Source of the DNA: Paramecium tetraurelia
Lineage: Eukaryota
DNA length: 64,000 nt
Reading direction: 5' to 3'
NCBI GenBank assembly: GCA_000165425.1
Contig: CT868654.1
Span: 62,001 to 126,000 of the forward strand
Part shown: in pieces, positions 14,713 through 27,528 of the stretch
Layout of the letters: each line of letters opens with the position of its first letter
Numbering within the stretch: position 1 is the first letter of the stretch
Notes under the pieces: generated by a model
Databases searched by the model: none
Told to the model about the DNA's origin: nothing
What the model saw: the letters and a program-made list of their open reading frames with translations, nothing else
Position numbers and translations under genes: made by a program

Positions 14713-15128
14713 ATGCATTAATATCAAGAAGCTTTACTTAAAAATACATGTACCCTTCTTTCTTTTCATTAGTGAGAGGAGAGGAGATCACAGTCAATCT
14801 CTAAATATACAATTCCACTGCTCAATAGGATAGATAGCAATTCATTAAGGCATTATAGGAATTGGCAAATGAGAAAAATACTAAAATTGACGAGTAATCT
14901 CGTATTTTACAACTGCGATTGCCTGGCACCACAACTATAGCTAATATCAAGTCAGATTTGGAAAAATATTGCAATCAAAAAATAGTAATAGCGCATTTTA
15001 GAATATTTTAGATTTTGATGTGTGAATCAATGGTTCCTAATCCACTAGATGTCATAGGAGATATCAAATGTACTACTTAAAAGCAAGAGATTCATTTATA
15101 GTTATGTTCTTAAGTAATTGCAGGATGA
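14713..15128 (+). CDS. Small ubiquitin-like protein, ATG12-like
   Basis: Two short introns; about 120 aa ending ESMVPNPLDVIGDIKCTTQKQEIHLQLCSQVIAG-TGA, similar to the ATG12 C-terminal pattern, with terminal Gly. Confidence 0.55.
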
Positions 15129-15140
15129 TGATAATAGAAT

Positions 15141-16271
15141 TCATAATATTTTATTTACAACTATTTTCAATTATTTCTATTTTTTGTTCCATTTAGCTGA
15201 TGGATGCTCATCATCAACTTTACATCCAAAATCTAACTCTACCTTTTCATTCATCACAGTTGTCAATTTCAATCCTTGACTTGAGATATTGAGATCGATA
15301 TCCTAAAAGTTTTCGACATTCACATTAATAGTTATTATAACTTTATCCTTCTCGTGAACAACCTAATATTTCTCTACCTCATTTTTAGTATCAATCTCTT
15401 CAATCAAGACTTTTTTTTGTGGCCCCTGCTGTGTTTAATTTTAAGTATTTAATATTAAATTATCCAAAGGTCCCTACTATCTAGTGAAGCTTAGATTCTA
15501 TTCAATTTTATTTTCTATGGGATTCTAGGTTTTTGGGAATCGTTTTCCTTCTTTATCAGCTTAGGGTTCTAGAAGTAATTTTATTTGTTTCTTTGGTCCA
15601 CAATATTTGTATTATTTGCTAATGATTTTAAGAGAGGGGATTTCAAATTTATAGTAGGCCTTAAAGAATGTAAATTTAACAGGGTTTTTATCTCCTTCGA
15701 TTCTTTTCTGTAATGTATCAATAATGATTGACTGCAGAATTTGACGATTTATCTAATCAATGAATAAAAATGTTCATACTTTCTTAAACACATCAGTATT
15801 GATCACAATGTCATAATAGTAAACTTAAGTATTGAAGGATGCTGACTTTCCAATCTAAATGTCAGATATAGAAAGAGGAATTAAATTGTATTATGATGGA
15901 TTGTCTGTTGGATTATCATTCTTATCAAATGCTCCCAATACTCTTTCATGATGTAGGAGATTAATGTAAAATTTGGTTCTTTTTTCTAATTTGTCAAATT
16001 GGAAATTCTCTTATTTGAGTTCATTTTATTTTAATAATAGCTTGCTTTCTAATTCATTGATTTATTGTTTAAGGAGATTGCCCCAAATTTTCATGGAATA
16101 AGCAAATTGAGGTGTAATAGATAATTCTTCTATTTTTTACTGCTTCTCATTTTTCATGTCTTCCATTCCTGCTTGAATGTTTTTCTCAACAAATTATTTA
16201 TATGCTTGTGGATCAGAGGCAGCCATATCATCAAGCATCTTCCAAATGTGTTGAGCTTGAGATTAATCCAT
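15141..16271 (-). CDS. PIH1D2: PIH1 domain-containing protein 2-like (co-chaperone)
   Basis: N-terminus QHIWKMLDDMAASDPQAYKQFVEKNI matches the PIH1D2 start motif; C-terminal CS-like SAKWNKKQKQLKIVV. Confidence 0.8.
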
Positions 16272-16290
16272 TTATTATTATTATTACAAT

Positions 16291-17564
16291 ATGGTTGATC
16301 ACATCTCGAAACAGTATAAAACGATTACTATCTGTCATCCAAACTATCCACCATTTTAGGTTATAATCAATGAATATTCGACTACAAAGGATATTTCAAG
16401 ACAGATTCATTCAACCTGGAGAATAAGTCCAAAAGAGTTGCGATTATTCAATGCGAGTGGAATCGAAATCTTCTAAGAGGATCTGAGATTTTAACCTAAG
16501 CAATCAAAGTTATGGGCAACATTGAATGGATAGGAACTTGATTAAAACATTATCTTTCAAGAATATACTATTATAGATTAAATTGGATAAGGAGGACAAG
16601 GTATTGTGATGCTAGGACAGCATAAGGAGACCAAAGTGTACGTAGCCATTAAGATAATAAAAGGAGATGGATTCAATGCTGATGAAATAGATCTGTTGTT
16701 TAGGGAATCGCAAATACTCAAATAATTGAGTCATAGGAACATAGTTCATTTGATTCAGAATATTATGTTAAATCATGAATGTATATTGGTTATGGAACAT
16801 CTCTAAGGAGGTTCTCTCTTAGATTTGGTGAGAAGGAAAGGAACTTTGGAGGAGATCGAGGCTAAGATTTACATGAAATAGATCTTAGAGGGAATAGATT
16901 ACTGTCATAAGAAAAACTTGATCCATAGGGATTTAAAGTTAGAGAATATCTTGCTTGTATATCCAAATAGTAATTAAGTAATTACACTATGCATTATAGA
17001 TAGATAAAAATTGTAGATTTTGGAATTGCATGTGTTGGTAAGGATCGGATTCGAATGGGCACTTTGCCATACATGTCTCCTGAATTGATATCTGGATTCC
17101 CAGCTACTTAACTTTCTGATGTCTGGGCAATAGGAGTGATCTTGTATGCAATGGTCTTTGGGAAACTACCATTTAGAGGGTCAACAAAGGAAGAAATCAT
17201 TTAAGCAATCAACATATTTAAATATACTATTCCTCAGAAGGTGAGCAATGATTTATTAGATTTGTTCAAATAGATATTCCAATATCGGAACAGGATCACA
17301 GTCTAAGGAATTTTGAATCATCGATGGTTGAGTGAGAGTCACACTCTTCCTGCATTGAGCTTGTTGAAGATGCTCTAAGTCACTACTCCTCTAACAGTCA
17401 CAACCAAGAAACCAAAATAAATTATGTTGTAGAGTTGCAGAAAGAGTTCGATATAAAAGGAGGAATCAAAATCTAATGTTGGAAATGTGACTGCCAAGCC
17501 TATTAAAATAGTATTAAAGTAAAGATCAGGAAGAGCTAAAAGTTAATTGTTGTTTAGCAATTGA
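16291..17564 (+). CDS. CAMK/AMPK-like Ser/Thr kinase with N-terminal ubiquitin-fold-like (KHA/DCX-like) segment, copy 1
   Basis: [43 protein letters not shown]; one intron near 16978-17003. Confidence 0.9.
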
Positions 17565-17665
17565 CTAAGAACAAAACTTATTCTAATTAGTATTAGGCTG
17601 TATGTGTATGTATGATATTATAATTATAATACATAAAATATCTATTACAAATAGACTCTCTTATA

Positions 17666-18942
17666 ATGTTTCACGAGTATAATGAACATTCTAACACTAA
17701 AACTCTCAATATCACTTTGCTGGGTAGTGATCGTAAGTTTTAAGTTTCCATTTATGGTGAAACTTCACTCAAAGAATTGAGATCACTATGTGAATAGAAA
17801 CATCAAATTAGTCTTAGACACTTTCGAGTATTCACTTAGGATGGAGTGGAACTGTTCAATGAGGATTTAATTTACTTGAAAGACAATACAAAATTGTATA
17901 TTACAAGAGGAGAGGATTTTGATGCCAATATCATCCATCAAGAGTATGAGATAATAGAATAGTTGGGCAAGGGAGGATTTGGCAAAGTGCTATTGGGGAA
18001 ACACAAGGAAACATTCAATTTTGTAGCGATTAAATATGTGAATACTAGAAACAGAGATGCAAATGACATTGATTTGGTTTTTCGTGAAGCGTACTTACTG
18101 AAATCACTTAATCATAAAAATATAGTCAAATTTTACAACTGCTACCCTCTCTCCAACATGTAGGTCATTGTTGTAATGGAGTATTTGGAAGGAGGAGATC
18201 TCTCTAAGTATACTCAAGGTATTTTAACTTACTTAATGAAGCTAAGGGTTAACTATGCGAAGAAGAGGCACGAATGTATTTCAGGTAGATATGTGATGCC
18301 ATGATGTATTGTCATAATCGCAAACTTATTCATAGGGATCTCAAACTTGAAAATCTCATGTTTGCTAATAAGAATGATACCTTAATTAAAATAGTTGATT
18401 TTGGCATTGCTGGCATGGCTGTCAACAGTAATATGGATAAATTGAACATCGGAACCATCAGATACATGGCTCCAGAAACTCTCTAAGGAAACAACCAAAA
18501 GATTGGACCGCATATTGATGTTTGGGCTATGGGGGTCATACTCTTTCATCTTATCTTCGGTAAGTATCCATTTGATGGGGAATCCAATTTTGATATCATT
18601 CAAAACATTACGGCCAGCAATTACACATTTTCAAAGAAGAATGTCTCTCCTTATCTAATTGATCTATTGTCAAGGATTTTCTTTATTGATCCTCAAAAAA
18701 GAATCAAACTCTATGATATTCTCAATCATGAATGGATGAAGATCTCATTCGAATAAGAATACTTTGAAGTACCTTAGTTTCTACCTCGAACCTAATTTAG
18801 ACTACCCTCTATTGAAAATCCAAAATAACACAATGGAGCTCAAAAGTAAAAGAAACTCAACAGATCCTTTACTCCTCTAAAAAAGAATTCCCCCAGAAGA
18901 AATAGTTTTATTATCAAAGGGGTCTTAAAGAGATATCAGTGA
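17666..18942 (+). CDS. CAMK/AMPK-like Ser/Thr kinase with the same N-terminal segment, copy 2
   Basis: [46 protein letters not shown] 18940-18942. Confidence 0.92.
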
Positions 18943-19012
18943 TATATTATTACTTGATTAATTAATACTTAAGTAGATAATATCATATATTTAGATTGAT
19001 ATAAATTCAAAT

Positions 19013-19529
19013 CAATTTTGCATGGTTCTTATATGAATTTAAGATATAGAGTCATCATTTGCAACATAACCATGTTGTGACTTCTTATTGACAACTTCTT
19101 TCTTCGAATTCTCCTAACAGATTTTTAAAAGTACTAGCATTCCTAAAATACAGATTGGCAATTATATAAACCAGCAACTGATTGCGCTTATAAAATGTTC
19201 ATTCTGCACATCATATTATTGTGCCACTAAGCCCAATCCTAATATCATTGAAAGCATTCCCAAATTAACAATTGCTATATTTCCTATAATAACATGAGGA
19301 AGGTATTTGAAAAGTGAGGATAATATAAGTAGATATCCAATCATCTGAATGATATTACCAGCTATTGAGAGATACTTATATTTAGTTAGGTTTGTGTTAT
19401 GAGATTCATCTAGAGATACATAATACACTAGCAATATTATGTTAATTGTTAAATAACTTCCTATTTCTGCAATATGTTTGATTTTGGGAGTTCTAGTAGT
19501 GGTCAAATATATATATACATATTAAACAT
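19013..19529 (-). CDS. Small multi-pass membrane protein (3' end uncertain)
   Basis: About four hydrophobic segments, e.g. IGSYLTINIILLVYYV and IIQMIGYLLILSSLF. Confidence 0.55.
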
Positions 19530-19720
19530 TGTGTTATCTTAAAAAGAAATATTAATCAATAATTTTATTCTATTAAATTCAAGTATCTAGTTACTTGAAC
19601 ATTATATGTTGAATAATAATATTTTAAATTTAACATTGTGATAGTACTGATTTAAGAAATTAATCTACTCTACTAAGTCATAAAATTATAATAATATAAT
19701 TATTTATATAATATAGTTTA

Positions 19721-22667
19721 TCAAAACTTTGATAATGTTTTAGATTTTTTTTGAGATTCTGTAAAATTGAGTTTCATTCTTGAAAGCTTCTCTTTTTGTT
19801 ATTAAATCTCAGCTCTCAATTCTTCAATGGTTTTATCAGTTCTATCATTTGAGGGAGACTTATGTGGTGTTCTTATAGATGGGCTGCTGTATTATGGTGG
19901 CTTTGAATATGGATCTGAGATAAAGACAAACAATACGTTTAGCAGATGATAGGTTTGGTTATACAGCAGGAGAGCGATGGAAACCTGAACTTGATGATTA
20001 AGTATGTTAATGTAAAGGAGGAGACAGAGCTCGTTGTTAAACTGGTTGGATTATCGTTTCAAGTTGTTATATTTACTATTGATAATCTCTTTAGATTTGA
20101 TCCATTTTCTTTTCGGATTTATCTTTAAGTTCATTGTACCTTAATTCAAGGAATTGTCTCTCTTTCAAAGTGTAATCAGCTGATTATTGAATTGAACTTC
20201 TAAAATAGATGAAAATAGTGTATACAATTCGTTTTCTAATTCTTTAATTGTCTGAGTGAGTTATCTTGATTCATATTCAGCTTTTTTCTATTATTCTCTG
20301 TTAAGTTAATCTTACACTTAAAGTTTCTGTGATAAATGGTCATTCTCTTAAATATAGTAATTCAACTAGTTCTTGAGGTCATCGATAGAATAATCGTGTT
20401 ATTAGATCTATTATAATTTTTATTTAAATTTAATTTGAGCCTCTTCTTGTATTAATTATTCATTTTATTTAAATTGTCGTTTTAATTATTCAACCTTCTT
20501 ATCCATTTCCTTTTATAATTCAATTACTAGAAATTCATTCTCCCTCTTTTCCTATGAGACACTTTAATCAATTAACTAAATTATTATTATGATTACATAC
20601 ATGATTGAATTTTTTAACTGAATTCTATATTAGTTGTCTATTTTCAGAGTCATAATTCTTTAATTTATTCATAATTATAGATTTCATCTCAAGTAGTTAT
20701 AAATTTAATTACTCTTTCTACCTAATGAATAATCTGACAATCTTCTATTTCATAGATCTGTATTTAAATTTCAACTCATCAATTTACATAACTAACTAAT
20801 GTTTTTCTGTATTCCAAGAATTTAGGTTTTTATTTGAAGATTCTACTAAATTCTTCTCCTTCACTTTTTAATCTTCCAATTATTACAAATTATAAGTGTA
20901 TTGGGATATATATTGCTCTAGTTCGTTAACCAAATTGATATTCTATTTTTCCAGATTCTCATACTATTAGCTTTTTTAGTATAATTCCTTTTGTATTTAA
21001 TTGTAAGCTCTGATTTACTCTTCAATTTGTAGTTTATTTTCCAATTTGACTTTCTTCATCTAGCTTTCAAAATTTTCCACTATTATTTAATGCTCTTTAT
21101 TTAGATTGTCTATTTCTTGTTTGAACCTGGAATCTAACTATTGTATTTCCTATTAGTACTATGCTTCCTTTTTCAATTATTCATCTAATATTTGACAATG
21201 TTCTTCTTTATACAATTTACATCTTTATTCTAATTCTTGTCCTAATCTTTAATATGAGAATGATCCTTAAATCTCTATTTCTAATTAGTGTTGAATAGAT
21301 AGAATGATTTCTTACTGCTACTATTTTTCTCTCTCAATTTCATTCATATAATCTTAATTCTCTTTCAAAGTAGTCAAAGTTTACTCTGAGAACTACTTCA
21401 AATCATCAACATCAGATAATAACAATTTAAGATTTTAATCTTTCTTACTTATTTCTTATTCCAACGTTTTATTCTTTTAAATCAACTCAGTATTTTATTA
21501 TTATGATTCTTCTAGTTATTTTTTGAATGTTTGAATGAGTTCTTCAAATTTCGAATTGTTTTTTTATTTCAGTTCTTAATCATTTTAAAATTACATTTTT
21601 AATTGTTTTATGTCCTAATTCAACCCTGCAATTTCTCTATCTTTTTCAGAAACACTTGATTTCAAACTCTAATGCAATTATTACTACAATTCTGACTTTT
21701 CTTGTTCTAAACTTTCTTCCAATCTAGTATATTATTTCTTATATTGCTATTCCAACATTTTGACTGCTTATTTGTGTTGAGTAGATTAGAATTCAATTTA
21801 TTGCTCAAGTTCTTTGATTTGCTCCTAAAGTTCAACTATATAAGAATCCTTATTCTGCAGATCTTTCAATTTCTATTTATATTCTTTTATCTTGGCTTAG
21901 CTTTTTTCCTTTAATTGCTCCAAAGCCTCTTTCTACTTTTATGCTTCCTATTACTTTTTAATTTTTAGCTATTCATTTTCTAATTTCAAATTGGAAAGTT
22001 CACTCTCTTATAGGATATGTGAATCTGTTATTGATTACAATTTTCTTTAATAATCCTTCAACTGCTTGTCAGATTCTAATTTTAAAGTCTTGAACTATTA
22101 ATCCAGGCCGGAATAGGCTGATTACATTTATTCTACCTTTTACTTATATTCTTATCCTTCCTGGGAAAAATACCTCGATTAAAGATCAATAGATTATTGA
22201 TTGTCCTTGAGTTGTTGCAGTTCTAAATTTAATTGTTAATTTGTGAGATTGGATTCCCTAATTTACTTATTCAGTTTCTCTATGGTTATTAGATGTTTAT
22301 TGTTTTAATCACTCTATTCATCGCATATTTATTGAAGACCCTTGATCTCCTATACTTGTAGTATCTATTGCTCATGCAATTTGTGTTCTACATCCATAAT
22401 CAATTGTTGTTCTCTATCCTAATACTCCCTCTTGACTCGATCAATGGCTTGGGATTGTTAACGTAATTCCTATTACAACAAAAGTATCTCTTCCGAGTAA
22501 TGTCTTTGGAATGTCTCCAATGTGATCTCCTTGATTCTATTAAGAACGGCTCCTCTGTTTTCTCGATCGATCTGCTCTCCCAAAACTTGCTTTGTGATGT
22601 CCACTAGGCATTCTGATGATAAGATGATTGACTTACATTCTAAGACCTTGGATTGTGAAACAAACAT
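19721..22667 (-). CDS. Large coiled-coil protein
   Basis: ATG 22667 (MFVSQSKV), very Q/E/K-rich, S/P-rich tail, TGA 19723-19721. Confidence 0.8.
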
Positions 22668-22689
22668 ATATTTATTCGTTAATTAATAA

Positions 22690-23304
22690 ATGTAATTAAT
22701 AAAGGAATTAGTAGTAGGCATCAATAATCCTGTCAGCGCAATAGAACAATTAAAGAAATCCATAGTGAGAGAAATCAACAAATAAAATTACAATACCATA
22801 GACCATACACATCGTCGTTCTATTTCTACTCAGGAAGTTCCTTTCACTGTAGTCAGTATAAAGAAACCAAAGACATAACTAAATACTATTGAATTGGCTC
22901 CATTGAAGAACAAAACCAAGTTTATGCCTAATGCTGCTTTGGATTTCACCAACAAGTAGTAAAAAAACAAGTCATTGCAATTTAAATAAAAGATCTATAC
23001 TTAGGAGTACAAGGAGAAGAGCGAGTATGTAAAAGAGAGAAGGAGATTTAATAAGAATTTAGAATGTCTTAAATAAAACAATTAAAGATTTAGATTAAGT
23101 GTAAGCGTAAGTGAACAACCACATTAATTGAATAAGCTTCTTGAAACCAGATTGTCACATATGTTGAAATATTACAATAACAATCATGATAATTATATAT
23201 ATTGAGTGGATCAAGTATCTAATTACAGCAGAAGTCCATTCAAATGGAAACGACCACCTCAGATCTATTTGGAAAGCATTCCTACCTGTAATTAGTCTAA
23301 TTGA
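22690..23304 (+). CDS. Hypothetical protein, 204 aa
   Basis: Uninterrupted ciliate-code ORF from ATG 22690 to TGA 23302-23304. Confidence 0.7.
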
Positions 23305-23635
23305 AGAAAATAAAATATATCATTTTTTTAAATCCATACTGATTAATCATTTAAATTGAAGTTCTATCACTTCTAAAAAGAGTGTGTTGTTGAATAAATT
23401 AATTATTAAATAAATAAAAATTAAAACTTTTAAATAGATATAAGTCTTGATAGGACTTTAATGTAGAATATAATACTCTTAAATATGAGAACTTAATAGA
23501 ATGGTAGAAGATACTAGAATTGATTTAACAACAAAAATGATATATTATATCAATGGATTATTATTTAATTTAATCACTCTCTTTTATATTTGAATATTAA
23601 AAATTTATATTATATATGACAACCAGATCTAATTA

Positions 23636-24528
23636 TCATAATTTTGGTTTTAACATGTCTCTTGCCTTTTTACTTAGAAAGAGTAAAATTAGGAAATGTA
23701 TTAACTGCTCCTCCATCAACTATAATTGTTTATCCAGTGATGTAACTTGCACATTTCTGAAGCCAAAAAGAGAGCCCAAGGAGCAATATCATCATTGTTT
23801 CCTGCCCTCTATAATGGCAACAATTTTTCGAAATCCTCTCCAAAACCAGACTAAATAATATGGAACACTAATTACACTATCATCCATTCTCAATCTTTTA
23901 AATCCTTCAGATTTCTCAATAGCTCCTGGGGCTATACCCACCACTCTAATTTTCTTTGGTCCCAATTCAACAGCAAGATGTCTAGTAAGTGCATCTATTC
24001 CTGCTTTGGCTGTTCCAGCATGTGATTGAAGTGCTACTCCACAATGAGGAAGAGTAGTACTAATATTAATAATAACACCTCCATTTTTTGACATCCATTT
24101 TCCAACCACTGCTTTACAACACTACATATCTGAACAAGAATTACATGAAATGTTCCAAAAGTGTCTATTTCCATTACAGATCTGAAGGCATTTACACTCA
24201 TCATTTCGAAAGGAACCAAAAAGTTTCCAGCTGCCCCATTGACCAAAATATCAATTCTTCCCCATTTGTCCAATGCAAATTACACCATTGCTTCCACTTA
24301 TTCGAATTTTCTCACATCACAAGGAAAATATGCAACATTTTGATTGCCTGATTCTTATGCTAATGTAGTGCACGATTGCTTTAAGACTTCCTCTTTTCGA
24401 CTTGTGATAAGAACCTTGCATCCGTATTTTAAATATGCCAAACTGATGCCATAACAAATTCCTGTGGCACCACCTGTTACAATGGCAACTTGATTTGCTA
24501 AGAAATTTTATTGGAATGTTTTATTCAT
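23636..24528 (-). CDS. DECR2: Peroxisomal 2,4-dienoyl-CoA reductase (SDR family)
   Basis: [55 protein letters not shown]; ends in PKL, a PTS1 variant. Confidence 0.92.
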
Positions 24529-25075
24529 TCAATCAATTATTATTATTTATTTTAAAATTAGAAATGTCTAAAGAGTTAATCTTCACTAGATTATATACAT
24601 CAAAGAACATTATAACCTTTACATCCAAGCTTAAAAATTGAAGTATATATCTATATGATTAATGTAGAATCATTATAATATTTATTTATTTTTCCAGTTT
24701 ATCAAGAAAAAAATGTTGTCTTTGATTAAAATAAAATGATAAAATCTATAGTCCTAAGAGTTACTACTCTTACGGATTTATAGTTTCAGATTGCACATCA
24801 TTGAAATTATCGAGAAACTAGCATTTTTAGATTAATCGATTAAATAGACTGTAGGTTTATACATTAGGTCATTTTCAATAAAATATTTGATCTTATGCGC
24901 AAGCAAACACAATTAGTAGAAGTTGTTGTATGTAGATTTTAGCAAAGTTAATTAAGTTTAATTAAATAATTAAACTAATTAATAATGAATATTCCACAAC
25001 AAATGTTGAAATTTGTATTATTAATGCAATATGAATTGTAATTATCAAATTTTACAAATCATTAATACAAATAAA

Positions 25076-25755
25076 ATGTAAGACGCATACACATACTAGG
25101 TATTGTATCTCCTTATATTTAGATTCTTAAAAAATGCAATGGCAAAGTCATTATGCAGATTGATGAACAGCTTTTAGACATCATTAATGCCCATCTCACC
25201 ATTAAACCTCAAGAATAATAATGTGAGGTACCATACTCAGTCAAGAAACAACATAATTTCCAACGTAGGATTGTGCCATTCTTCATGAACCAATTTATGC
25301 ATTGGGCTGAAGAAATGGGATATAAACAGGTGGATGGCTACTTGAGATCTATTCACAAGAAGAAGACTTCAAAACAATAAAAATTTGAATTAGGAGACCT
25401 TAAAAAACTCTTTGGTGCCATCAATCCTAGAACAAAGATCATTCAGCTGGAAACACAACACAAATGGATAGAATTCTTAGGAACTTAAGCTGAAGTTTGT
25501 GTTCTAATCAACAACAAAATTAAAGATCAATCTACTAAATAGATGTACGTACAAGCTATTGAGCAATTGAAAGAATAGCTGTAGAAGGAATAGCCGTATG
25601 ATAAATTTTTGAGTCTCTCAAAAAAAGACGAAGTAAAAGAGGAGTCAATAAAAGAAGAATATACAAGTTGTGAAGTTCCCACTGATGAGTACGCACCTAC
25701 TTATTATTAAGATCCATATACTTATTTAAGTTGTGCATACAATAACGAATTTTGA
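25076..25755 (+). CDS. Hypothetical protein
   Basis: ATG 25076, intron about 25100-25122, open to TGA 25753-25755. Confidence 0.7.
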
Positions 25756-26172
25756 TTTTATTCTCATTTATATTTAACAAATTTATGACATCATACATTA
25801 CATTAAATACAATTTAATAATACATTGTTTATACTTAAAGGAGATATAAAGTAAAATAAAAATTATTCAAATCAAAAATTAAGTGATATTTTTAATGTAT
25901 TTTTATTTCTGATTCAATTATTACATCCCTGAATTCGTAATAATATTATTATTGATATTTTTGCATAATGAAATTATGATGAAAGCTATGACGTATTCTT
26001 GCGAATGAATCATTGATGATGAAAGATATTCTTCAAACTCATTAGCATTGACTTTAAATGCGGAAATTTTAGATATATATTAATATAATTACATTTTAGA
26101 ACACCCATATTGTAAGATTTCTTAATGATATCCAAAATTATACTTAACATATAAATACAGTTATTTATAAAT

Positions 26173-27517
26173 TCATTCTGTGTTTTAGAACAATTGAAAA
26201 ATCTTTTCTTTATATATTTTTTCTTAGAGCTGCCATTATTCCTCTTTTTCTATTGTTTGTTATTCTATTCTAGTAATTTAGTTGCGTAATTGTTCAATGA
26301 CAGCAGCATTAGAATTTTTTTCTAATTCTAATAATTAATTTGATAAATCTTTGATGATCTGATTTTTTTTTTCAATGGTTCTTTCAAATTACTCCTAATT
26401 AGAGACTGTAGATTGATTTAGACCACTGTCAGCGAGTTATTTGTATCCTGACTGTGAGAGTTGGTTTTGTTTCTTCAATTACTCACCACTTTATCTTATA
26501 ATTCTCTTCAAATGCTAGTTTTCTTCTTATGCTTTATTGTATTTATCATCAAGTTCATTGTATTTTTGCTTAAAAAATTAGAGTTCTTAATTATTGCTGT
26601 TTGCGTTTGAAAAATTGGCAGTGTTATTATTATTATCAAAATTTGTTTTCCTAAATTTAGAATCGATTTTAATATGATTGTCTAATTGCTCAATCTGCTT
26701 CTACAACTCTTCTTCTTATTGAGTAAGCATTTCAGTGATTTCTCTGAAATTATCATTATCTTCATTAATAGGAGCAACTTGCTATAGTTTTTCTTATGAG
26801 AACTTCTCGCCAAGTTACAAGAATTTTTGAGTGAGATTATCTGATGGCTATTTAATTTATGAAGGTTATTCTTCTGCTTTAGAAATTTGAACCGCACTCT
26901 TGAATTCTTTAGGAGGAGATTGACTCCTTGCTCTGGTTGTTCTGGTTTGCAATTCCATTTTACGACTACTAGAATTTCTAGCAGTCTATGGGACTTACTG
27001 AGAAATTGGAGTATGTGTTGGTGCTGGCATTGGTACATTGGCTTGGGGATATTCTTAAGTTTCAAATTAGGACTAAAAGGGGGCTCTCATGACTCGAAAC
27101 AATAAAGCAGCTCGTTTGTCTGTTGTAGATGTTAATGGCTTTTTGACTTTTTAATCTGAATCTATTTCGCCATTGAGGAAGTATGCCAAATTGATTATAC
27201 AATCTCCAAGTTAGTTGCCTCCCAAATAAAACAAGAATTTAATCTAAAAATTAGAGTGATTGAATAAGTACATTGTAGTCCACATAGACTCCATCTTTGT
27301 TGACCATCTTCTACTGAAATTCTGCAATTTGATCGATTGGCAATCTACACATATTAGAAGTTCGTTCAGGATTTCTTATTTGCATTTTGCTTATAATAGT
27401 TTATGCAGCAAGTGTTCCTCTCTTTAACATGATTGATAATTCGTATTGTTGTTGATCGAATTTCGAGCTAAACTCCAGATATTGCAGTATGAATTTGAAA
27501 TGTATTTGTTAATTCAT
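26173..27517 (-). CDS. Coiled-coil protein with possible N-terminal NT-C2-like domain
   Basis: MNQQIHFKFILQYLEF...LSIMLKRG...LGDCIINLAYF, then P/S linker and heptads; alternative start at 27430. Confidence 0.65.
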
Positions 27518-27528
27518 TATAAATTTTA

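Noticed and set aside
24530..25070. AT-rich gap with faint coding-like patches
   Set aside because: No sustained frame or motif on either strand; cannot support a call.
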